NCBI GenBank assembly: GCA_002811645.1
Contig: PDIP01000069.1
Coordinates: 1 to 64,000, forward strand
Reading direction: 5' to 3'
DNA: 64,000 nucleotides
Source of the DNA: Corallochytrium limacisporum Hawaii
Taxonomy: Eukaryota; Protista; Pluriformea
Both the position numbers and the translations under genes were made by a program. The notes under the pieces were generated by a model, which ran no database searches, was not told the DNA's origin, and was given only the letters and a program-made list of their open reading frames with translations. This document shows positions 52,974 to 62,230 of this stretch, piece by piece (the stretch's first letter is position 1; every line of letters starts with the position of its first letter).

Positions 52974-54652
52974 GCCGAAGTTCTCTGTAAGTGATGGATG
53001 GAGGATTGGCTGAACCTTCCTATCGATATCTGACGCTAAATCACCGCACAGTGTCGTTTTGGTCTCATTTTCTTAGCGAATCTTCCCGAAGAGCTTTGTT
53101 TAGTACCTTGCTTTATTGTATAATTGAGCAAACTACGTCAGAGAAGCCTATAGATTTCGAAGCATAATGTTGCATGTACTACCTTGAGGTGCATCTGGTG
53201 ATATGTGTCTAGCAGGTCGTGGGTCATCAGCAGAAGTATGATACTTCATTCCACTTCATCTGTGATCACGAAGAAACTTCAGTAAGTTTGTCTTCTACAC
53301 AGAGGCGCATCCAAGGAAGAACGTCACCATCATGATGGACATTTCAACCACAATCCTTTCCCATTCTGTCCCTCTCGCGCGGAACAAGCAGGGAACCCCC
53401 TATCGCTACCATTGCGGTTGGGAGGGGGTCCTCGCCGTACTGAAAGAACCGGGAACTCGGTGAGCACGTACGGTCGCCACTTCGATTTCGTCCCCCCCCC
53501 TCCCCAACCACAAGACTGAGAATGGTGAAGACCGGGGGAAAGGGAGGAGAGCTGCCCCGGGTCTCTTCCCTTTCTCCCTTTCGGAGACTTTCCTAAGCAA
53601 GGGTGCCATATGTTCACTATCGAATTGCGATGGAGATGACGCAATCGATGGAATCGCCGGACTCCCCTCTCCCTCCCCCGACCCCGGGGGCCGCCGGGGG
53701 TTCCCCGTTGTGCACCCGTCGTCCCACAGCGGGTTCCCCTTACTCGGGGCCTTCCAAGCAGTGGGGTGGGGTTGCTGGGCAGGGCAACCCCACGCATTCT
53801 CCGTGGTCATTTGTAGCAGATCCCGAAAATGATGTTTCTCTAGTATAGTGTACAAGTACCCTGTAAATACAAGAAGTAGGTCTCGCAGCTATCCCTCCGT
53901 GGAGTACCCTCAGCGAGAAATCAGTGGGCACGGCGAAGATATGCACCAAGCGGATTGCATAGTAATACTAGTATGATACGATGTCGATTCCTTCTTCCCA
54001 GGCCCGACAAAGCGGGCGGACGTTCACAACTACGCACTGTAGAAGAACCCGGTTTGACGGGCTCCCTTCGTCCCCAGACCAATAATATGGCAAGGGAAGC
54101 CAATATCCGAGTGAAGGCGCAGCGAGGAATGGAATCGGGTGTTGGGTGCGAATAAGGGGAAATCCAACGGTCACACACAACACAACAACCGTCCCCCCCC
54201 CTTTTCCCTAGTTGGCTGGTCAAACCCAGTCCAATTCAAAATAATGATAAGGAGATTTAGGTTATCAGGTTATCATTCCCGTCACCCAATGGGCCCCTCT
54301 GTTTGCCACACAAAGTACCACCACCATCTAAAGGTTTTTCTGTAGTGGTGGTGGTGGTAGTACATACACAGTTGCCCGGGGTTCGCACCGTTCATTGTGA
54401 CGCTCAGTTTAAAACAACAGCCCAAAGAAGAGAGATAGCGACGGTCCGGGTATCGGGTACCAATATTTTCTACTTGCGGCTGGACCGGCCCCAAAGGGCC
54501 GAAAACAAGAAAAAGAAAAACGGCCTTGGAACCATGGGACCGGGCCCCTCCGCTCCTCGGTCTCTACCACGGACCCCTGGAGTACCAAACCAACCCCCCC
54601 CCCCCCCCCAAAAATTTTAACAGCCCTTTGGGGGGGGGGGGGGGGGGGGGGG

Positions 54653-54717
54653 NNNNNNNNNNNNNNNNNNNNNNNNNNNNNNNNNNNNNNNNNNNNNNNN
54701 NNNNNNNNNNNNNNNNN
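54653..54717. other. Assembly gap flanked by G/C homopolymers
   Basis: Run of N between poly-G and poly-C. Confidence 1.
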
Positions 54718-55024
54718 CCCCCCCCCCCCCCGAAAATGATGTCAACTGCCTTGTGAGGGGGTGTGGGGTGGTGGGGAATTGGCGCCGGGCTTCGTTGGCT
54801 CTGTCTGAAGCCGGCAGAAAAATGACCGGAAGGAGTCGGCGAAGATAGGCGGGCAAAACGTACTCACGACCGGAGGAAGTGAAGGTCAAGAGAAGAGGGA
54901 CGGCCCCCCCCCGCCGGGGGGGGGGTGTAAAAATAAGGAAAGAGAACGTAAGGGGCGCGCGGAGTGAAGCCAGCGGCTGGGCTGTTTGCTAGTGGCCCCC
55001 CCCCCCCGGGGGCCTCCCTGCTTG

Positions 55025-55266
55025 NNNNNNNNNNNNNNNNNNNNNNNNNNNNNNNNNNNNNNNNNNNNNNNNNNNNNNNNNNNNNNNNNNNNNNNNNNNN
55101 NNNNNNNNNNNNNNNNNNNNNNNNNNNNNNNNNNNNNNNNNNNNNNNNNNNNNNNNNNNNNNNNNNNNNNNNNNNNNNNNNNNNNNNNNNNNNNNNNNNN
55201 NNNNNNNNNNNNNNNNNNNNNNNNNNNNNNNNNNNNNNNNNNNNNNNNNNNNNNNNNNNNNNNNNN
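55025..55266. other. Assembly gap
   Basis: Run of N. Confidence 1.
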
Positions 55267-56302
55267 GAGAGACTGAGGCTCAAAGGGGGCAGGGCGGGGG
55301 GGGGGCCAAATCCCAGAGTTCGCGCGCTTTAGCCAAAAGGAAAATAGCCGAGGCTTGTTCGTACACCCTGTGTGAGTTTGGACGGTTTCTTGTGTGTAGT
55401 GTGTGTGGTCAGTGTGTTTGGATCACATCACTCGCAAGTGCACTTGGGAGTTGCACGGTAGAGCAATCAGCGCCGGCGAGAAGTAACAACTGGTCCGTGG
55501 CCGATTTCCCTTTCTTTGAGGGAGTGTGCGTTGAGTTTTGTGTTCGCTTCATGTTTAATTTTATATAGAGATTGGCTGGGTTTCTGCACTGTTGCGTTGG
55601 GCAAGATGGATAAATGCGTGGGCACCTTCAAGAACCGGGAACGGGAATGCGGAAGCGTCCGGCGGGTTCGGATGTGACTTTCGCATTCCCTAGTTCGTGT
55701 TGGTACATACAAATTCTTGACGTGTACGGACTGTTCGTAAAGTGTATCACTGAGGAAACCATAATGTGCTAAATGCTAGCTTGCCGAGCGCGACCTCGCA
55801 AATTTGTTCAGGCTGCTTCCCGGATTCTCTTTTGGTATTTCAAAGTCGACATCAAATCGTCGGAACCAATGATCTTCCGTCTGCCATACACCACATACCA
55901 AAAGACTTGCCGTCGAACTTTAGTGTGTGTAAATCTCGTGACAGTTTCTCTTTCCAGTTTCTCTTTGATACTTTGTTATCTTTGTGCTTTTGAAGGAATA
56001 GCCAGCTCAAAACGGATCAGAGAGCAGGCCTTCTTTTGCGTGAAGAATACATCCTGCGCAAACAGAATAGAGCAGCAGTTTCGTTCTGACTCAGTCAGAA
56101 CTTGGGCGCAACGAACTTGCAGGGATAGAAAGAGGACTTTGGTTTGGTTTCGACAGGTGCGAAATTCTGGTTAACAGTCCCTTTTTTGTTTGTTGTACTA
56201 GTAGTGATCTTCGGCATCACACTGTAAGACAAGGTCAAGGTCTCCAAGTGTAAGCAACAGCCAGTTGAAACAGCAGCAAGGTTTGGCTTATCATTCACAA
56301 TT

Positions 56303-56956
56303 ATGGTACGTGTGGGCTCGGAATTGCAATCACCCGGCTCCAGTGGCTCTGGGGAAAAATCGTCTAACTTTAGCGAAGGCGGTGAGGACGACAACATTTG
56401 GATCATAATTTACCAGTGCGATCCCGAATTCACTGCCGATGCCGAATTGGAACTGGAAGAGGCTCTGGCCAAGAAGGTTGGAGTGATTGTGATCGACCAC
56501 CGTGATTTGGGAGAACGCATCACGGCTGCTATTCGTCTCGGGAATTTGGTACACAAAACTGCGGTCCTCAGTGGGCTGGCCTGCATCTTCAGCGCGTCTT
56601 TCGGAAGACTGCTTCCCATTGACTTCTACTACTTTGGATTGCCAGCCGGGCTGGTGTCTATGGCCTGTGCTGCATTCTACGATCTCAGCTGGCAGAGTGA
56701 CCCTGCCTGCAAGTACCAGGAGGACTGGGAAGGAACATCGCTACTGGATGTTCCTCTGGAGAACATTGAGAGCCCATCACCGGTTGTGCTGGTGCGCAGA
56801 GATGACACATACCGCAAGATCCTACACAACTTTATGAGTCTCAGTGCAGCACTGTTCTGCGGTGCAAAATTGTACAACGTTTGGCAGCGGATTTCATCTA
56901 GGGTGGGCAGCAGAGCTGCTGCCTCACCCCAAGTCACGGTCGGAATGAACATCTAA
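56303..56956 (+). CDS. TMEM11: Mitochondrial membrane protein TMEM11/PMI, 217 aa
   Basis: ELEEAL, GNLVHKTAVLSG, LPAGLVS, SWQSDPACKYQ, SPVVLVRRDD..RK.LHN match the human TMEM11 motifs as I recall them. Confidence 0.93.
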   Translation: MVRVGSELQSPGSSGSGEKSSNFSEGGEDDNIWIIIYQCDPEFTADAELELEEALAKKVGVIVIDHRDLGERITAAIRLGNLVHKTAVLSGLACIFSASFGRLLPIDFYYFGLPAGLVSMACAAFYDLSWQSDPACKYQEDWEGTSLLDVPLENIESPSPVVLVRRDDTYRKILHNFMSLSAALFCGAKLYNVWQRISSRVGSRAAASPQVTVGMNI

Positions 56957-57394
56957 TAGAAGAAAGCAAACTGAAAGACGAACGAAGACACGAAGCAGAC
57001 GGACTTACGGAAGTCATTCTATTGAAGCAGAACAACAGGATCAAGGAAAGAACGGGGAAGGTGGAATTACAGTGCGAGACGAGGAAGACCTCTGATTGAC
57101 AAGAACATTGGCGACGGAGGAATCCCATAACTCGTTGCGGAGAATCATGGCAAGCATTGCAAGATCGCAGGCTGTCTTAGATGATCGATTCGGCTGGGTG
57201 GCGATTCGAAAGGCTCACAGCACTCCTCTCCATTTGACTCTTTTATTTATACCAACTTTAACTTTTTATCTGATTTGCACTGAACCACCAGTGATGTGAG
57301 CAAATCTCAGAAAATAAGATCGCTTAAAATCTTGTATATAAGGCAAAACAATAACACTTTCATGTTTCTTCAAAGTGTGACACGTGGTGTTCAC

Positions 57395-60300
57395 TCACTG
57401 GATCTTTATGTACGCCGGCGGATCAATGCGGTTCTTGACCACTTTGATTATCCACAAGGGGGTCACACTGATAGCTGTGATCACCACAACTTTCCACCAG
57501 AATTCACCAGTCTTGATAAAGTCCAGATCAAAGTACGTGGGCAGGAATACGATGCTAATCATGTAGATAACCAGACTGAGCAATTCCGCGAGGATCATTG
57601 TCCAGTGCCAGCGGTGCACTCGGAGTGCCACCACTATCAGTTCTGTTAGGATTAGCGACGTGAAAGTAATGCTTACAATATGGAGCATTTCACTCTCAAA
57701 CAGGAACAGAGCACCGAGCATAATTGCCGACCCCTGGTACACAGACACCAGGAACCAGCCCAAAAAGGTTTTCAGGCTCAGACTGCGACCCTTCACCAAG
57801 TCCTTGTACAGTTCCGGGAAAAGCAGGGCTTGCTCTGCATTCATATCCTCGTCTAGGACCAGTGAGAACACTGGCATCATGGTATAGACAGTGGCATAGC
57901 CCACGAGTAGCGCCCCCTGGTATATGGGCACAGCGGCGTAATAGAAGGTCGCACTAAAGATCGCCTGAATCACACTGATGATCAGACCACGATGAATCAC
58001 AAACTGCGACAGCGATGCACTTCGGCGGTAAGCATTGTGTCCGTGCCAAAGCAGCAGACGGGCGAGGTAGCGAAAAGACCCAATGCTAAAATCTGAAGCC
58101 AGACTGGCCTGCATCCCTTCCTTGCCGACCATACCAATGCCGACATCTGCAGCCTGAATCATGCTAACATCATTGCCACCATCCCCTATGGCGGCGGCGA
58201 TCTTGTGGGTGTAGGATTTGACCAGAGTCGTAACCTCGGCCTTCTGAGTGGGACTGCATCGACAGGCCACCACTGTGGCCGCTTGACTGGCCAACGCGAT
58301 AAAATCTTCCTGCAGTCGACCGCTCAAACAAATTGCCAGAGACTGTCCGTCAATGATCAGCGGTGCACCCGTCTTGCGCGCGTATTCGTTGAGGGCGGCA
58401 TGGGCCTCGGCGGCTGTGGTCAGTCCCTGGATGGTGTGAAAAGGTGACTTGCGGTCAATCAATCGACTGCTCTGTGCAATATTCGTGGCAGTCTCCACCT
58501 TGTCACCGGTAAGCATCCAAATGCGAATGCCTGCGTTCCGGATCAACTCGATTGTTTGTTTAACATCTTCTTGTAACCGGTCTTCCACACCAGTTAATGC
58601 CAGGAGCTGCAGATCGCTCTCAATCTCCGCGATGGCATCACTAATTTTTACATTTCGATCGACCATGGCGGCTCGGGCACTCTTCATGGACGCTGCAAAC
58701 GAGCGGTAGCGTTCCTTCGAGAGTTCGGAGCGCCCAAAGACGAGGGTGCGTAAGCCCTCGCGGGCCATATTGTCCGCCTCTTCGGCGAGCCAATCGTTGG
58801 CTGTAACGATTTGTGCCATGACACTATCAGCGCCTTTCATGTAGAAGAAAATACGGTCCGTCTGCTCGTCACGCACAATGATCCCCATACGCTTGCGTTC
58901 AGAACTGAAAGGGAAAGTGTCCAGGATTTGGTAATGATACTGCTGACCTGATTTGGTGTTCATGGTACCATTGTTAACCTTCTTCAGAGACGTTACACCG
59001 GGGATGCTAAATTGTTCATCGGTAACGGAACCCGATCCCAATTCTAGAGTCATGCTCGTGAGGTCACGATAGTGCAATCGCAGGCCAACACCCTCCGCAA
59101 ATTCCACCAGTGCAATCTCATCTGGACTGGATGCTTGATAGCTTACACCAGTGATTGTATCAACCGGCGTGACATTGTGGCACAGTGCCATGGCTACGAT
59201 AGCATCCGTCACATACGGGGCCTGTAGATTAGCTCGCCGAGTTGGTTTGATGGTTGTTGATGATGTCTGGACTGGAGCAGCCGGTGTGGTGGTGGTCACA
59301 ATTGCGTCAACGCTGTCCAAACTTCCCAAGAGATTGCCAACAGCCTGTGTAGTCTTGTTTTTGTCACCGTTGTCGCTATAGTCATGCTGCTGCCGCTGCT
59401 GCTGGTGGCGGGGTAGCGATTGTTGTCCCTGTTGCGCCAATTCGGACTGCCGACGCTCCAATTCTTCCTTGAGCACTACTGACACATCGTCGAACGCCTC
59501 CGAGTCATAGGACGTCAGGCCAATGTGGAACTTGCGGAAAATCATTTCATTCCGCGTCAGGGTACCTGTCTTGTCTGTCAGCAGGTACTGCACCCGTCCC
59601 AGTTCTTCTGGCAAGTTGCTGTTTCTAACCACGGTGTTCGGAATCTCATCGTCCTTCATTATGAAATAACTATGCACGATTTTAGCCATATCCAGGTTGA
59701 CGCGCAGAGAGATGGGAATGATCTGGCTGAAGAGGAGGACAAATCTGAAGAGCACAATGTACCAAACTCCATAGAACCCGCGGAGGATGACCATCATCAG
59801 GGCCATGAGCAGTGTGAACACAAATAGAATCTTTGACAGGTCATTGACCTGTGTGTCAAAACGACCAAACTTGGACGGTACCGACGAGTTATTCATGGCA
59901 GCACGAGTCTCTGGGCCAGTGTAGATGACAAGGCCTATTGCCGTGCCTGCCGATAACACGGTGTTGGCCCAGAGCGTGTTTTCAATGCTGAGTGGGTCTT
60001 CAGATGGGGCGTTGGGGCCATGTTCTTCTGCTGCTGTCGACGACTGGCGGTGAATCATCATGCCACCCTGCCCTTGACTTCCACTGGTACTGGTACTAAT
60101 GTTGCTCCGCTTGAGCTGGGTTTCCGTCCGCTGCTGACCATGGCTTGCAGTGCTGAATGACTGCATTTCCACACCATGGCCTGGGTACTCGTGCATACTT
60201 CCATGGTCACCATGGTCGCCAACAAAGTCCTCATCATCCACTAAGAACTGGTCTTCATGGTGTCCTATGCTCCCGCGCTCATGCGACGCGCGGCTCTGCG

Positions 60301-61495
60301 TACCGTGCCGAGAGTGGTGATGGCTGCCGTTCCGCAGGGGCGCGGCAAACGATGCCGATCCTCCGACAGTGTCACCCGATGAGGATGGTCCTTTAGCGTA
60401 GCCTTTGTTGCGTAGCATCCGCCCAACGAACGAATGGATGTTCTGATTCGGCGGCTCCGCTTCCACTACCGTGTCTCTGAGCCTGAGCACTTCCATGTCG
60501 TTGCGCAGACTCTGAGTTACGGGACATGCAAGTCGAATCTTCCAGTCCGTCTCACCGTCTAGTTGGTCGGTACGAATGAAGCAAGCGCCCGAAGCATCGC
60601 TGGTGCGCAGCAGCACGCAGTCCGCAGGCACCCGTTGATCCTTCTGCAATACCAGGAGCTGCCCCACACGGACATCCTCGGATCTGAGGGGCACGCTGCC
60701 GTCGGGGGTCAGCTGCGTGAACTCTTCTCTGTTAATCCGTCGGTCACGCTGGAATCGCAGAATGTCGTCGTAGATTTCCTTGGCCATCGTAACGCTTATC
60801 ACGAAGGCTAGTGGGCCCCAGTAAGTATACAGGTACCCTATTCGCAGAGCTGGAATGAACTGGCTTAAGCAAATGACCAGGAAATAAAAGTTAAGAAAGT
60901 AACGAAATTGCTCCCAAAGCACTTTAGGCAGGAACGTAAACACCGAGTATTTGGTATTATTGATACCATTTGACGGATAGTCAGGGCGTCGTTGTGGTGC
61001 ATCAACCAAAAACCCACCGTCCTCTACTCCAGTGGCGCTCTTTTTACGTCCGCCGTGTGCTGCCCGACCGTTCGCATTGATCACACGTGCAGATGTCAGA
61101 GACAGGCGGCTGCGGCCGAAGCAGCGAAGCCAAAAGCAGCCACGGTGATTCCTTCCCTTACCACTAAACATCTCGGACCCACTGGTCCCTAATGCTTCGT
61201 CCATCTGTGCCTCACTGCTTAAGAGTATGGAAGGATTGTCTCCTTGGTCTCCGATCCCGGGCGTGTTGGCTCCTGACATTCGCGGGTCCATGTCATCGTC
61301 GTAATGGTCCATATCATGCCCATCTCCAGACATTCCTCGCTGCAGTCCTCCTTCATTGCCAACTGTTTCATATCCATCGCTACCGGCCGACGGTCCTTCG
61401 TCGAAGCGGTGGTATCCGCGTCTGTTTTGAAACAACGACCGTGTTGCGTTGAAACGATTGCTACGCTGACTATTATAGTAGCCTGACCCACTCAT
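57395..61495 (-). CDS. ATP9: P4-type phospholipid flippase, ATP9/Neo1 class, 1366 aa
   Basis: FIRTDQLDGETDWK, IIPISLRVNLDM, DKTGTLT, WMLTGDKVETA, GDGGNDVSMIQ, QFVIHRGLIIS. Confidence 0.96.
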   Translation of the reverse strand: MSGSGYYNSQRSNRFNATRSLFQNRRGYHRFDEGPSAGSDGYETVGNEGGLQRGMSGDGHDMDHYDDDMDPRMSGANTPGIGDQGDNPSILLSSEAQMDEALGTSGSEMFSGKGRNHRGCFWLRCFGRSRLSLTSARVINANGRAAHGGRKKSATGVEDGGFLVDAPQRRPDYPSNGINNTKYSVFTFLPKVLWEQFRYFLNFYFLVICLSQFIPALRIGYLYTYWGPLAFVISVTMAKEIYDDILRFQRDRRINREEFTQLTPDGSVPLRSEDVRVGQLLVLQKDQRVPADCVLLRTSDASGACFIRTDQLDGETDWKIRLACPVTQSLRNDMEVLRLRDTVVEAEPPNQNIHSFVGRMLRNKGYAKGPSSSGDTVGGSASFAAPLRNGSHHHSRHGTQSRASHERGSIGHHEDQFLVDDEDFVGDHGDHGSMHEYPGHGVEMQSFSTASHGQQRTETQLKRSNISTSTSGSQGQGGMMIHRQSSTAAEEHGPNAPSEDPLSIENTLWANTVLSAGTAIGLVIYTGPETRAAMNNSSVPSKFGRFDTQVNDLSKILFVFTLLMALMMVILRGFYGVWYIVLFRFVLLFSQIIPISLRVNLDMAKIVHSYFIMKDDEIPNTVVRNSNLPEELGRVQYLLTDKTGTLTRNEMIFRKFHIGLTSYDSEAFDDVSVVLKEELERRQSELAQQGQQSLPRHQQQRQQHDYSDNGDKNKTTQAVGNLLGSLDSVDAIVTTTTPAAPVQTSSTTIKPTRRANLQAPYVTDAIVAMALCHNVTPVDTITGVSYQASSPDEIALVEFAEGVGLRLHYRDLTSMTLELGSGSVTDEQFSIPGVTSLKKVNNGTMNTKSGQQYHYQILDTFPFSSERKRMGIIVRDEQTDRIFFYMKGADSVMAQIVTANDWLAEEADNMAREGLRTLVFGRSELSKERYRSFAASMKSARAAMVDRNVKISDAIAEIESDLQLLALTGVEDRLQEDVKQTIELIRNAGIRIWMLTGDKVETATNIAQSSRLIDRKSPFHTIQGLTTAAEAHAALNEYARKTGAPLIIDGQSLAICLSGRLQEDFIALASQAATVVACRCSPTQKAEVTTLVKSYTHKIAAAIGDGGNDVSMIQAADVGIGMVGKEGMQASLASDFSIGSFRYLARLLLWHGHNAYRRSASLSQFVIHRGLIISVIQAIFSATFYYAAVPIYQGALLVGYATVYTMMPVFSLVLDEDMNAEQALLFPELYKDLVKGRSLSLKTFLGWFLVSVYQGSAIMLGALFLFESEMLHIVSITFTSLILTELIVVALRVHRWHWTMILAELLSLVIYMISIVFLPTYFDLDFIKTGEFWWKVVVITAISVTPLWIIKVVKNRIDPPAYIKIQ

Positions 61496-62230
61496 GGTTG
61501 CTTTTTCTGTCGGAGTGGTGTCTGTACGTCTTTACCAACTACCTTAGATGGTCTGTAAATGTCTGTTACGTCCCAGGCATGGGACGGATACATTGTTCCC
61601 GTCGCATGTTCCCCACTTTTGTAAACGTCGAACACCTTGTAAATTTCGATACTCTTATCTCTTTTCTTCATCCATTGTACCACACTTCGAACACAGCTGA
61701 TCTCTTACATGAATTCTGTACTCTGTGGTTCTGGCGTTTTCAAATAGCCATAGATGAGACCTATTGTGTATGTTTCCCATTTTCTTGCGTTCCCCGATGC
61801 CTTCCGACCCCGGAGTCTCACAGGCCCTCTGAGTTGGCGGGTCCGGTGATTCCTCGCGCCAGCAGTCACTCAGCTAGCTGCACGGGGACGAGAAGAGCAG
61901 CAAAATTTTGGCCCCTCCCGCAGGGGCAAAGAAACAACGAGTGGGGTAGAAGACGCGAAGCAACAAAGTACCCGAACGATAAGCAATTCACCTGATGCGT
62001 CCCAGGTTTAGCGGTCTGGGGGAGCGGGGCAGAATGGAGGTTTAGCAATACATGATTTCACATAGTCCCGGAGCCCACCCAAAAAAAAAAAAAATTAAAG
62101 GGAGAGGGAGTGGGGGGACCGAGAGAGAGTTAGGTAGCGATAAAAGCCAATCGATGAATCTGTCCAGGGGATATCGTTATTATGGGTTTAATAAATGGTC
62201 ATTGTCGAAATGGGCCATCAAGGTTAACGT

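Noticed and set aside
55328-55356. Minus-strand CTCGGC...CCTTTTGGCTAA resembling the U2 snRNA 5' end
   Set aside because: Only ~12 contiguous matches; the branch-pairing GTGTAGTA and the rest of U2 are absent.
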